Assembly (NCBI RefSeq): GCF_009914755.1
Contig: NC_060926.1
DNA from: the human T2T-CHM13v2.0 reference genome, Homo sapiens
Reading direction: 5' to 3' (one strand)
DNA length: 64,000 bases
Made by a program: the position numbers and the translations under genes. Below, in pieces: positions 16,080 to 34,659 of the stretch (position 1 is its first letter; each line of letters begins with the position of its first letter). The notes under the pieces were generated by a model. It worked only from the letters and a program-made list of their open reading frames with translations, did no database searches and was not told where the DNA came from.

Positions 16080-16357
16080 TGTAGTGTTATATAGGGAAAA
16101 ATCTAAGGAATTCACAAAAAGAAGTATAAGAACTAGTAAATGGGTTCAACACACTTGCAGTATATAAGATCAAAATACAAAATCAATTGTATTTTTATGT
16201 GCTAACAGTAAGTGTGCAAAAATAAAATTAAGGAAATAATTTAATTGTATTTTTATACACTAAAAATAGCATACAAAAATAAAATAAGGAAAATAATTTA
16301 ATTTATACAAACATAAAAATAAACTACTTAGGAATAAATTTATTTAAGGAAATGCAA

Positions 16358-16651
<294 letters not shown>

Positions 16652-18984
16652 GAAGAAATGCAAAACTTATACTTTGAAAGCTACGAGATATTTGCGAGAT
16701 AAAGAATATCTAAATAAATGGAAAAACACCCCATGCTCATGGGTAATTAGACTTAGTATTGTTAAGATGGCAATAATATCAGAATTTATTTATAAGTTTA
16801 ATGTAATTCCTTTCAAAATCCCAGCCGATTTTTTTACAGAAATTGACAAATGGATCCTAAAATTCATATAAAAATATAAGAAACTCAGAATAGCCAAAAC
16901 AACTTTACAAAGGAAAAAAAATGTTGGAAGACTCACATTTTTAGATTTCAAGATTTACCAAGGCTTACACTTCCAGATTTCAAGACTTATTACAAAGCTA
17001 TAGTAACCAATATAAGGTAATACTTCATAAAAACATACATATACATCAACAACATAAAACCACAAGTCCCAGAAATAAATCTTCATATTTATCATCAATT
17101 TACTCTTGACAATGATGCTGAGGCCATTCAATAGTGAAAGAATAGTCCTTTTAATAAATGGTGCTGGAATTGGATATCCATATGAATCCATACGCAAAAG
17201 AAGATAGCTGAAGCACCACCTCACACCAGATACAAAATGTAACTCCAGCTGCATCATAGATCTCATATTCTAGCTAAAACTATGAAGATGTTAGAAGACG
17301 TACTTAAATATTTATAACCTTGGGTTTTCAATGGTTTCTTAGAGATGATATCAAAAGCATAAGTGACAAAGAAAAAAACAAGTAAATTAATTTGATCAAA
17401 ATTTTTCTTCAAAGGAAAGCATCAAGCAAATAAAAAGGCAACTGATAAGATAAAAGATTCACAAATTATACATCTGATAAGAAAATTTTACACAGACTAT
17501 ATAAGGAATTTGTACAACTCAACAATAAAACTCAATCGATTTAACAATGGGCAATGTTTAATCGTTATTTCTCCAAAAAAGATATATGAGTGGTCAGTAA
17601 ACACACGAATATATGCTTAACATCATGAGCCATTAGGAAATGCAAAACAAAAGCAAAATGAGCTGTTGCTTTATGCTCACTAGAATGGTTAAAATAAAAA
17701 AAGATAGTCAACAACAAATGCTGATGAGAATGCAGAAATTTTGAAATCCTCATTCATTGCTGTTGAGATTGTAAAATGGTGCAGTCACTTTAGACAACAG
17801 TGTTTCAAAACCTCAAAGTGTTAAACATAAACCATATGTCACTGCAATTATACTTCTAGGTACATACCCAAGAGAAATGAATCCATGTATCTCTGCAAAA
17901 AAATTGTTCAAAAATGTTCATCATGCATTGTAGCCAAAAGTGGAAAAAAAAGTTCATCAGCTGATAAATGGATAAACAAAAATGTATATTTATATAAGAA
18001 ATATTATTTGACGATAAAAATAAATGAAGTACTAATACATCCTACAGAATAAATGAAATGTGAAAGTACTATACTAAGTGAAAGAAGCCAGTCACAGAAG
18101 AATATATATTATATGAATGCACTGATATAAAATTTCCAGAATAGGCAGTTCCATAGGGAGAGAAAGCAGATTAGCAATTGCCAGGGACTGGAGGGAAGAC
18201 AGAGTGGGGGTGTCTGCCAATGAGTATGGGACTCCTTTGTGGGGTGATGAAAATATTCTAAACTTTGATAGTGGCAATGGATGATTGCATAACTCTGTGA
18301 ATATACTAAAAACCACTGAGTTATACATTTTTAAATGGCAGATTTTATGATACAAAAATTATGCTGCAAAAAGCCATTATAAAAGTGTTATAAAAAATAA
18401 AAAGAGTGGAATGTTAAAAAATATATAGTGCATGAACCTTTTATTTACCCTCATGTTATTTGCCCCAACTTCTTTGATCTAAAAATTACAAGATGGTGTT
18501 ATGAATTCAGAATATTATTAATAAATTTATTCTTTACAATAAGTGCTTATATTTCTATTAAAATATTTGTAAATTTAATGTATTTTATAATCAGATGTCT
18601 CCAGCTCAAGTTTTCTAAAAAGCAGGAACTAAGACAAGGATTATGATAGTGACATATTATTTGAGTAGCATAAGCTCTGGTGTGCAAGGGTAAGGAATAG
18701 GTAAGAAAGATGCAAATCAAAACAATAGCATATCCTACTACAGTGGGGGTTTGGAATTATCTGCTAGATAATCGCAAATGGAGCTTGACCTTACCTTTGT
18801 GAAGATGTATTTAATGGTTGTATTGGTGGAATTTGGATTAAAATTAAAGAGAAAACAGAGATAAAATTCATAAAGTCAAATGTGCATATTGCAATAGGAT
18901 GAACACATAGAAAGAATCCATAATAAATTATATGTTAAACAAATTTTTAAAAATATTTATTTTGTTTGAATATATAGAAATTGT

Positions 18985-19172
18985 CTGGTGGTACGAGGAA
19001 CTTGCTTATACTGGTTCAAGGTTACATTTGCATATTTTCAGGAATTTTGCAAGACATCTGTTCAAACATTGGTAATTTGAAGTAAGCCATAGGAGGAGCA
19101 TTTACGCCATAAAAATTATCAAGCCACACATCACAGCTCTTCCTTTCCCCATGAAAGTCAGTTGCTAAATAT
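18985..19172 (+). mobile_element. MER63A-like hAT-Blackjack MITE, split by the L1 (its last ~25 bp resume at 22823-22850)
   Basis: TTGGTAATTTGAAGTAAGCCATAGGAGGAGCATTTACGCCA; the terminus AGTTGCTAAATATTTACCAGCAAACCAC lies after the L1. Confidence 0.7.
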
Positions 19173-22822
<3,650 letters not shown>

Positions 22823-24029
22823 AGTTGCTAAATATTTACCAGCAAACCACAAAGAGTAACTTTCCAAGTGAAATGCAAATAAATAATATTTAAGATTTAT
22901 TTTCTTAAAAGAGTGGCTGACAGTGAAAATTTATTGACTGATTTATAGGCCAAGATTAAGGATGAGATTGATACTAAATGATGGCAAATTACTAAAATAG
23001 CATTAGAAGTTCTTATTATATGGGTATTTTCATTACATGCGCAGGTGTTAATATTTTTTCAGTATACCTATTTGCGAAAATTTACTAGATATAAAAGAAA
23101 AAATAGATTTTATCTGTAAATCTTGTTTACAATGTCTCCCTTATCCTTTATATCCATTTTTAGAAAGGCAGTAGTATAGAAATTACAATGTTAGTCAAAT
23201 TATATTATTACCTGATATGCAGAATGATTTATGTATTTTGTCCCCCCCAAACAGTAATTATTGTAAATCTTCACTGTCTACCCTGCCAACAATCACCTCA
23301 TTAGATGGTGCAAAATGTTCCAGGCCTTTTCTAACTCAAAATAAAGTCATGCCAGAGTTATCACAGCAATCTTATCCATCCATTGATTTCTCGTCAGCTG
23401 AAGGATTGACTTCAAGGCATCTTCTAGTTCTTCGGGGTTTTATTTGGATTATAAGATTGAAGGCTTTGTTTCTTTGTATTTCATGAAAGTAATTACTACT
23501 GATTCTTCATTCTTGGGACATAGTGTTACTAGAGTTGTCAAATTTCAGTTGGTGATCATATGAATAAAAGTGCTTTTGTTATATGGTTCTATCTTCAGGA
23601 ATCCATTAATAAATCTTTTTCTATTTTCAATATTTTATCTAAAATCTGTTTTAAAATCATTTAAACATTGCTTTTTACATTATCGATTTTTCCTTTTAGG
23701 TGGTTGGTGTATTTCACTTAAAAATATGATAAAAATTAAGTGTATTGGAAAGTGCCTACATAAAAGTGCTTTATAAAATATATGTTGTTACACTCTTAAC
23801 AACTTCCAGCAAACAATTGGGAATAAATGATTTTTAAAGACTGTGTCAGCTATATATGGGATAGAAAATAATATTTTTTATGTTAATGCAATTTCATTAA
23901 GTGGAAACTAAAAAATATTTCATGTTTTATATGAAATAAAGGTAACAATAGCTGCTTTAATCTTATATATCAAAATCTTTTGGAATCTTTATCTTTTAAA
24001 AACAAGGAACTCTAAATGTTAAAATATAA

Positions 24030-24325
24030 TTTATTATTATTATTATTTGAGATGGGGTCTCTTTTTGTTGCCCAGGCTGGAATGCAGTGGCGCATCGCAG
24101 CTCACTACAGCCTCAATCTCCCAGGCTCAAGCAAATCTCTTACTTTAGGCTCCGAAGTAGCCGGGATTGCAGGCACATGCCACCACACCTGGCTATTTTA
24201 TTAAAACAAAAAATTAAGTCTCATTATGTTGTCCAGGACGGTCTTTAATTCCTGGGCTAAAGCAGTCTTCCTGCCTCGGCCTCCCAAAATGCTGGGATTA
24301 TAGGCATTAGCTACTGCACCCAGGT
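24030..24325 (-). mobile_element. AluJ-type SINE
   Basis: Diverged antisense Alu with a (TTA)n tail. Confidence 0.9.
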
Positions 24326-25680
24326 AAAATCTAACAGATTTTATTATAGCACTGGAAACCTAGTTGAAATTGAGTATTTGTGACTTTATCAGATTACTAC
24401 GTTTTTGCATATATCGTGTTTTTTTCCAGTTAAGCTTGAGAGTTATGAATTTTGTTTATTTTTGGAAGACAAATACGTGAGTAACAGGGAATAAAGTATT
24501 CCCCTCCTTCGAAAGTGTTTTCTGCCACTTCACCATGAGTGTGTATAAATGTACTGTATAACCATATAGGAGATCTTGAAACTGCCAGGTTCCTTCTGAA
24601 CTTAATATAATTTTGTTTAATAGAGGCACTTGTTGCTGAGATACTTTGAATCCTGGAGAGAGAAACAAAACGAAACTGAAGGCGATGAAATCATAACCAA
24701 ATTTAAATGTAGAAAGTAGAATCCCTCATTGAGGAGAGTCCCATATATGCCTTAGCCTCACTCTTACAAAAGTGGACAAAATTTCCTCTCAGAGCTGAAG
24801 AGCAATCACTGGTACCAGTTTTAAAGAGACAGAAACCTTTCTCAGGGCTAAAACGCAGCAGGAGTAGTAATAATATCAGTTGGAACCTTGATACACATCA
24901 AAGGAAATGAAACCCTATGGCTGAAAAAATTACATGGATATCATAGACCAATAATTTTAAATATTAAAAGGCTCTTTTTAAGCTAAGAACAATTTGTAGT
25001 TATAAGCAGACAGCCCAAGGTTAGCTAGTACTGAGAAAAAATCAGTCCCTTGAATCCAAGATTTTTTTTTAACCTTCAAGCCTCCTAAGAATTAAAATGA
25101 CTCATCTAATCCTTACTGATTAGTGTAATATTTTTCTACCATTTTCCTGTATGCGTGTGCTTTCACATCAACTTGTGTACATATATTTAAAATAAAATTT
25201 CATCCATCCATTTTTATATTATATATTAGAGAGCAGTGCCAATTTTTTAATAGAAATAGAAATGCATTGTTGATTAGAGGTGTCTCTAGCCTATTTCAAG
25301 CCTCATATTTAAGTTGATACTCAAATTTGAAGTCTCATTTTCTTTCTTAATAAATGCTCTCTCATTTAGCTACCAGTCTATGCTTTTGTTGTGTCAACCT
25401 GATAATATAAGCAGATAGTTAGAGGTTCTGATTTATGATGGTTCTTCTTGAAAGATGGCTTGCATGTAACTCCTCAGTCTAGAACATTTGCTTGCTTGGT
25501 TTCTAACAAAGCCTCATTAAAATGACTGAAACTAATATAAAACTTACCTTGAAACAGTTCCCTGGCTGAACTCTACTCTCAAAGGATTTTCTAATTTGCA
25601 ATTTTTATTTAAGACTTTGACCAAGATATTAAAAAGAAATAACACGTAGTACTCTCTGCAAATAGTTGATTCCACTTTCA

Positions 25681-26106
<426 letters not shown>

Positions 26107-28884
26107 TTAAATGGCATTCTGAAAATTATGATTCAGTAAATATTTGCTACTTCCAAATATTGGGGCAATCTGGTACATAGATTTGAATAATAAACTAGAT
26201 TTTGAAACCAGGTGATGTTTGGACATATGCATAAAACTTTGCAAGTTTCCCTTTTCTAATATGATTGTTTGATGTGAACAAATTAAGCTCCTTGACTATG
26301 TTTTTGGCTTCTATTTTCTCTCATTTTGACACAGAGTACAGTTTAAGCATATATTTATTATTTTCTTCTGTCTGAGGTTTAAGAAATGAAGTAAAATCCC
26401 AGTAAACACACTTCTTAGTGTCTGAGTTGTATTTCAATTAACTGAGTTTCTGATCAAATTAGGGTGATGATAAGAATAGATTTTAATTTGTAAAAATGTT
26501 TCTAAAATATATTTGTCATTTTTTCTATCTTAATATACTGAATTTAACATTTTTGTGTAAATTATTGTTTTTTACTGTACCTCAGGGTCGTCAACTTGAA
26601 CATGAATTATAATTTTTCAAAGCTAGATGGAAAATATTAGGCTATTAATGCTGTAACTTCAGGATGTACATGAGAAGCTGCCTCATGAACAAATTACTGA
26701 ATCAGCTTGTTTTCCTGGATTATTGGCTTCCTCCTCAGAAATAGTATAGAAAAGTTTTCTTTAAATATTATTGTTTAAGGAGGATTTCTATTGATTGGAA
26801 TTCACTTAAAGTTTTATTAAAAAATATAGGTAACCCCCAAAAGAATACATTATGGTTAAAAACAGTGACTCTCTGGGTTCTTGACTTAACTTTTTTAAAA
26901 GACAAGAGATGTGGCTCATTTCACGGTTTCTTAGGAAAACAGGCGACTAGAGGTTTTGCAATAGCTTGTTATTGCCAACTCCATCTGATTACGGATCCAT
27001 AAGTGATTTGACACACCAAGGGAGTCACCTAAATCACATTTTGATAATGGACCTATGTACAATAAATTGTTTCCCACTTTTACTTTTGTGTGCTGGTTAA
27101 TAGGGAAATCTGTGTGTAAACTGAGCATGTAAGTGACCCTGCTCAGCTACCTAAGTATGTATCTATGGCTGAACTGTCCTAAGTAGAGTTCACCAATGCT
27201 TTAACCAAAAACATCTAATATGACTAGGTCGCCACTGCACTAATAGAAGTTTTATCCCGGGGTAGCTCAGACCACACGTGTAGTATAGCAAAAGTGCCAT
27301 CTGGAAGTAATTCACTGTTATTGCTTCTTATCAGGACTGCTGAGAACTTTCTTAAAAATTCAAGTATAAATGAATCATATAATAGACTGATGTATGCTCA
27401 TTAAACTATAAAAACTTGTCAGGTGATCATCTTCACCATGCAAAATAGAAGTCTAATAGAAGTAAGCTAGATCATGTGAGCCCATAGGATGAGCGTGACA
27501 TGTGATGGGAGAAATCGACTGCAATCTGTCTGCGTTATACCAGGAAATTACATATTCTACTTAAAGTAAAATAAACACTTGACAAAGCTGTTAATCATCC
27601 CTAGTGGAAAGGATTTACAGATTCAATATTAAGATGACGAGCTTCCCACTGGTCTTAGAAGCACTGTAGTCAAATGAATCCATTTTCCTCTGAAATCATT
27701 TAGATAAAAATTATATTCGCATTGAAGAATATGGATGACTTGAATGCTAAAATGTCACTTTAAAAATGCATTGTCCCTTCTGTGGGCTCCTATTGGATTT
27801 CAGTTAATATTTGGTTAAGAAAGAAAGACATCTAAAATCAATCTACTTTCTTGAATGGAGAAATAACTAGCCTATATATTTTCTGTGTAAAAGAGAATGA
27901 TACTAGGACTGACAACAGAGGCAAGTACATACATAGCTCAAATTCACTTCATATTTATGCGTGTAACTCAGCCATAAAAGAATACACAGTTTCATCTTTA
28001 GATTACTTCATAAAGCCTCCCTCTTACATTTTAGGGTAAATTGAAATAATCTTTCACTGATAACATATTTGGAAATTTACCTGCAGTGATATTGTAGCTG
28101 GTAACTCTTATAAAAACAAACAATCTTTAGAAGTTATCCATTCACAAAGAGATTATAGAATTTAGTGATTAAGGATGTGTGCAGTGCAGTATAAGTGCAT
28201 TTGTTTCCTAGGAAACAAACTAGTACTGTGCCACTGAAGAAATTTGTAAGCATTAAAATATTCTGTAATCAGGCCCCAGGAGAACATATTAAATTTTTTG
28301 AAAGGAATAAATATTTGACGTCCTAACCATTTTTTAAATATAATTGTAGATGAGGCCTGCTGTCAAGGGGCCATGTTTTTAGGGTGGGAAAAAATAACAT
28401 TTTTTAGGTGAGTCAAGAACATGCTTTGACATGGCTAATCCAAGTGACAGGATTAATCCAGATACAGCCTGAAAGATTAAAGTCATTCAAAACCATACAG
28501 TGGGAATGACAACTACAATAAAGCAAAGGTAAACTAATTTTGGAATAAACACTCAGAGGCAGGGATGGAAGGATATCAATTTAAAACACACCTTGTTTAA
28601 ATAAAGAGGGAACAATGAAAGAAAAAATTACGCTATTATCAGGAGGTGCTATTACAAGTGGCCATTCTAAGCAAGGAGACATCTAAATGATACTATCTGC
28701 TGCGTAATGAAAGACAAAACAGTTCCAAAATACTTTTGCATGCCTATCATGGTGCCTGAAATCTTTACTACCCAGTGATAGCTACGAGAGGTCTTCTGGA
28801 TCTTTCTAACTTTGATGAATGAGGCTAAAATAGCTTCATAGGGGGTTATATTATAGAGGAATAGAGAAGACCAAAGATTTGGAT

Positions 28885-29025
28885 GTAGCCTCAGTGTTTT
28901 CATCTGTAAAATAGAGATTATGATATCTACCTCACAGGGTTGTTGAAGGATATGTTATTTTAAGATCCGATAGATGATATAAAATAAATGTCTTGTACAT
29001 CATAGGCACTCAATACATGGTAATA
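28885..29025 (+). mobile_element. MIR SINE
   Basis: Core GCCTCAGTGTTTTCATCTGTAAAATAGAGAT...ACCTCACAGGGTTGTTG. Confidence 0.8.
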
Positions 29026-29269
29026 ACTTTTATCTTTATCACTGAAAAAAGAGCCAAACATTATTAAGAATTACTTACATTTAAGAAATTACTATGCATG
29101 CTGTCTTCATTCTAAAAGTGAGCTTTTGAAAAGATTAGATGGAAAATATAAACAAATGCATATATGGTATATAACACATCTAATTTTTCCTCTGAAGAAA
29201 AGAATAGAAAAAAATCAGGGAGAGATAGAAGATTCCACTTTATATATGATGAACAGAGGAAGACATTAT

Positions 29270-29590
29270 CTTCATACAATATTTGAGAAGAGACCTAAAA
29301 GTGAAGGGGTAAGCATTCCAATGACTGGCAGAAGAGTATTACAGGTAGAAAAAGCCAGTGCAAAGCCATTGAGGGTTGAGCATGGTTGCTTGAGCAAGAA
29401 GCAAAAGGAACAATGCATGGTTAAAAACAAAAGTAGAGATAAAACCAGAAGGAAACAAAGTTAGGAGGTACTTAGAAGCCAGCAACTATTAGGGTTTTGA
29501 GTCCATAGTAAGGTCTTTGGATGATGTTTTATGTGTGATGAGAGGTTATTAGAATATTTTGTTCAGATAATAATGTTAGCTGACTTGTCT
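29270..29590 (-). mobile_element. L2 fragment
   Basis: ATTTGAGAAGAGACCTAAAAG...GCCAGTGCAAAGCCATTGAGG, an antisense L2 pattern. Confidence 0.65.
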
Positions 29591-30865
29591 TTGATCCATG
29601 GGGTATAGAGTAGGATGTTTAATTAATGAATGGAGTTGTAAAGCCAAGGAAAGGATTTTACCACTGTCTACATGCAGATAGTCAGGAAATGGAATAAGTA
29701 GCTGGTGTGAGAAGCTATATGCCTTTTACTGCTTGAGGATAATGGGTACTTCTGAGTAGCAGACATTGAAAGGGACTGGAAGAGTTTTTTAAATCCTGAG
29801 TGTTACACTTTATGGACAATATATGTATCTTCAGGACACAACCTCTAGATATGACAATAGCATTATGTATAAAGGTGGATCTTACATCTATTTCATGTAG
29901 ACTTTGCACCATTGCTGGAAATACCATTTGCCTTTTTCCCCAATAATCTTGTGTGGCCACAAACACTGGTAGTCACACATGCTCCTCATTAAAGAAAAAG
30001 AAATATTCAGAGGTCAACTTTTGTCGTTATCATCTCTGCAACATACAGATGGAGAACAGCATGGTGTATGTGGGGAAACAAAATATTTAAAATTTGAGAC
30101 TAGAGCAGGAATTGGGGTTTGTTTTCATTTGGGAAATTGTGAGATATTTTGTTTTATAATCTCGTCTTGTTGAGAAGGCCTCTCAGCCAAGAGAGAAAAT
30201 TATTAAAATTGATCTAAGCAAATACTTTCCAGTGGCAAAGCCCCATGAATATTCAGACACAAGTACTTGTTTATTTAATAAGCAAGATATAAAAATATAT
30301 AATCACAGCTCAAAAAGAGACTGTATATATCAGAGAATCGAGTTGAGTAGGATAGTATAAGAAAAAGATTTAAAAATAGATGGCAGATATAAAATACATG
30401 TATTTACACGGAAAATCAAAGAAAATAGGTGGGCATTTCATCATGAAATGATATATAAATACCTACCTCAGGCAAGTTAGAACTGTAAATATCATGAAGA
30501 GAAATTTTGAATTATTTTTGAAAACTCAAATGTAATTTCTGGTTATCTCATCTACATAAAATACCTAGAGTTTGCAGAGCATCTGTATTGGATCTTCGGC
30601 ATTCACTTTGGCATCATACCTTGTTTTTGGCAGTCTACTCAGGAGAGGTCAAGGAATGGCACTAAGGCTGGTGGCATGTTAAGCTCTAGCTGTTCTAGCA
30701 GAAATGCATGGTGAGGTTGGAACAGCACCTGATGACTCAGATCCTCTGGTCCCTGATCAGTGAGTTTCATCAAATATATTTATGAAGACCAACACCCTGC
30801 AGAATAAAGAAAGAAAAAAATCATAGTTAACAAATTGAAAGTAAAAGTCCCAGCAGGTGTTAGAA

Positions 30866-31193
30866 CTGCACTGTCCAACAGTAGCCACTAGTCACAGGTG
30901 ACCATGCCATGCTTGAAATGTGGCTGGTCTGAATTGAGATGTTTTGTAAGTGCAAAATACACATTTGATATAGAAGATTACATGCAAAAAAAAGAATGTA
31001 ATATATCTCATTAATAATTTTATATTGATTACACATGAAATGATAATATGAAAACTTTTATTTCAGCAAAATATGATTTTAAAATTAAATTCAACTGTTT
31101 CTGTTTACTTTTTAAAAATAACTACTGGAAAATTTAACATTGCATTATAGCTAGTACTTGTGGTTTGCATCATACTTCTATTGGACAATGTTG
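30866..31193. mobile_element. MER33-like hAT-Charlie MITE
   Basis: TIRs CTGCACTGTCCAA / TTGGACAATGTTG; internal GTAGCCACTAGTCACA..TTGAAATGTGGCTGGTCTGAATTGAGATG. Confidence 0.85.
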
Positions 31194-31214
31194 TATTACA
31201 ACTTTATTGGTTTT

Positions 31215-31517
31215 GGCCAGGCATGGTGGCTCACGTCTGTAATCCTAGGACTTTGGGAGGCCGAGGTGGGTAGGTTACTTGAGGTCAGAGTTCAAGACCA
31301 GCCTGGCCAACATGGTGAAACCCCGTCTCTACTGAAAGTACAAAAAATTAGCCAGGCGTGTTAGTGGGCACCTGTAATCCCAGCTACTCTGGAAGCCGAG
31401 GCAGGAGAATTGCTTGAACCTGGGAGCAGAGGTTGCTTTGAGCCGAGATTGTGCCATTGCACTCTAGCCTGGTAGAAAGAGTGAGGCTCTATCTCAAAAA
31501 AATAAAAAATAAAAAAA
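31215..31517 (+). mobile_element. AluSx/Sz
   Basis: Full dimeric Alu with A-tail. Confidence 0.95.
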
Positions 31518-31645
31518 GAACTTAATTGAGCTGGGCTTTAGTTTGGCTGATGAAGTATACAGGGGGACAAAAAAGTGTGTTAGCTAGGATGAAAGAAGTA
31601 TTACTTTGGTGTCAAATCTGAGTCTAAGTGTATAAAAGCTATATA

Positions 31646-32007
31646 CAGACAGTCCTTGACTTAATGATGGTTTGATTTAACAATTTTCTGACTTTACATG
31701 GTGCAAAACGAATCACATTCAGTAGAATTTGTGCTTTGAGTACTCATAAAAACTTCTGTTTTTCACTTTAAGTAGTGTTTAATACATTACATGAGCTATT
31801 CACTGCTATTATAAACTAGGTTTTTTGTTAGATGATTTTGCCCAATTGTGGGCTAACTTAAGTGTTCTGAGAATATTTAAGGTAGGGTAGGCTGAGTTAT
31901 GATGTTCTTTAGACTAAGTGTACTACATGCATTTTTGACTTATGATATTTTCAACTTATGATTTCCTTATCAGGAGATAACTCCATCTTTAAGTTAAGGA
32001 GCAATTG
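31646..32007 (-). mobile_element. MER47A-like Tigger MITE
   Basis: TIRs CAGACAGTCCTTGACTTA / TAAGTTAAGGAGCAATTG with TA target dinucleotides on both sides. Confidence 0.88.
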
Positions 32008-33330
32008 TACTTTAATACTTATGTCATCATGGATCTTTTATTTAATTTATCTGATGCTCAGGGACTTTCAATCTATGAATGAAATTAATAATATTGGAGG
32101 CTTAAGGTTATGAAAATGTACATAGCACAGTCCCTGTTTCATCATAAGGCAATTTTGTTTCTTCTTGTAAGACTAGCAAAGAGAAAACGAAACTCAGAAC
32201 ACCCTCCCTCTAATAGCTAGTATTATGTTGGCAGACATATCTGTTAGTTTCTCTTGGCTTCAATTAATTAAGATATAAAAGGGGGATAATAATCTTATAA
32301 TTGTTTTGAATATAGATGTCTTTGCACATGGATTTTCTGAGTTCTTTTTACTCCAAATGTTCAAATATTAATTATTATATTTCAAATGACTCAAATATTT
32401 AAAATATTACAAAAAATTTCCCAGGAATCCTGGGATTTTCTTCAGGATTTGAACTTTTAAAAATGTAAGTAAAATCTGGCAAAAATTATCTACTCAATAA
32501 GAATGATATACATTTGACATCATTAAAATAGTGACTAGCATATTTTATCTTCAATCTTTTTTATTAAAATTAAAAGATCTACTACTCTTTAATTTTTAAA
32601 GCTTTTGTGATATGGCAAATTTTCTCTGCATTTGAGAAAAATTTTGCGAAATGTTTCCTCTCATAAAGCCATAGATACGTCTCTTTGAGAAGCTGTTTTT
32701 CTCCTTTTTAAAAGTAAATTTTTTTTTCATTAAATACATTTAACGCTTTCATAGCAACACTGGCTCTAATTTGAAGAGCAAAATTTTCCTGATGCCAAAG
32801 GAACTTACTTAGCGGACACTCGTGCTAACAATTTAAAGATGAGTTCTCCCCTTTATTTTTTAATAAGAAGATAAATGGTTATTTCCAAAATATGTATAGA
32901 TTGTTCTGCCTTCTTTCCTTTGTAAAGCATTGTTACCTAAATATGGAGAGGAAGAAGTTTGGGCAGCTGACCTATGTTCCATTTTATCCCCATTTATGGA
33001 GGTAAAGGGAGAGTTCACAGGCTAAAAGAAAAAAGAAGGAACGTGACCTGGACCCATGGGCAAATAGACTAACAGCATCTACTAGAAAAAAAATCCTTAC
33101 CTATTAAGCGCTTTGAGTAGGGTGTTCCTGGTTGAGGGCTGTGTAGGCTGCGTATGGCAAAAACAACAGCAGTAACCATCAGCCTAAATCTACGTAATTA
33201 TGGCTCCCTAAATGTCGTATAAGCTATATAATATTAAGGTATACAACAGAATTAAGATGAAGATGTTTCATAACTTAAATATTCCCTGCTGTGTAAGGTA
33301 TCCAGTATCTATTACAGACATCATATTTTA

Positions 33331-33369
<39 letters not shown>

Positions 33370-33382
33370 TATATATATATAT
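33331..33382. repeat. (TA)n(TG)n(TA)n microsatellite
   Basis: Read directly. Confidence 0.9.
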
Positions 33383-33518
33383 GTTATTTGTACAGGGACC
33401 TCAGATATCATTCTGAGACAGAGAGTGCATTCCAATGTAGATAGAAAGACCCTTAAATAGCCACACTGGTTGTCCCAGATCTCTCCTCACTTTGCTTGTG
33501 CTTCTTTATTAATTAATT

Positions 33519-33652
33519 CTTTTATTTTTTTTTATAAAGATGAGATCTTACTACATTGCCTAGGCTGGCCTTGAACTCCTGAGCTCAAGTGATCCTCCCA
33601 CCTCAGCCTCCCAAAGTGCTAGGATTACAGCCATGAGACATAGCACCCAGCC
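33519..33652 (-). mobile_element. FLAM_C / free Alu left monomer
   Basis: Single ~130-bp antisense Alu monomer with T-tail; TSD-like TATTAATTAA on both sides. Confidence 0.88.
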
Positions 33653-34659
33653 TATTAATTAAATTTTAAAATCATTAGTAACATTTGATACTGGCTAAGA
33701 TTCAGGTTTCAGGTAACATTGATTTAATAATCCCCTCCTTTGTTTAGTTCAGAATACATCATGAAGAAGGCCTTACTTCCATTATGACGGCTTTTTGTAT
33801 ATGAGTTAAAAAGAGAAAAGTGAATCCTTTCAGTGGGCTAAATCAGATCAGCATTGGATATTAATGATGCTTAATTTCTATTTTTCTATCTACACAACAT
33901 GTAAGCAATTAGTACTCACTTTCTGCCCTCATTCAAAGCTGATATGTGGAAGCCCTTAGGATTGAAATATTAGATAAGCAAATGTATGTAATTCAATAAT
34001 TTTTCAGATTTTCAATGTAAAAGAATTTGTAACTAGAATTTTAGATATTAACAATTACAAAGGTAATGTGATGAACTAATCCACATCTAGGGAACCACCA
34101 GTTTCCCTACTAGTTCTCTTTCACCTATATAGACTGGTAAAGTAGTGAGCTTTCTATTCTTAAAACATCTCCCTGTTCTTAAATGGCTATAAGTGCATAC
34201 CTGGAGTATATATACCTTTCTAGAGCATATTAATAGCTTTTATAGATAAAAATAAGATCTATAATTTGTATATAGAGCTGCACTGCTTGGATACTAAGCA
34301 AGGAAATATTTAGGGTTAGTGGGGAAGGAGGAAAGGATAGGACTCATCAACATGAAACATGACTAACACCTAAGAAGACTAGAGAGGCAATGAGCATAGT
34401 GGTTCTTTCTTTTTACCTTTTTTCCTTAATTCCTTCCTAAGTTAATAACTTGTAAAAACAGGCTTTGGAGACTATTGAATTTTTATCTCATTTATAGTTT
34501 ATTTATGATGGTCAAGCTCATTGCTATCAAGTGTTTTGTTTAAATCTGTACAGCCTTTGTATTTCCTCTCAAATATATTTTGAATAACAATTAAATGTTC
34601 TCATATTAATTTTTAAGAGCTTCACTTTGCTTATAAACACTAGATACAGCTCCATCTCT

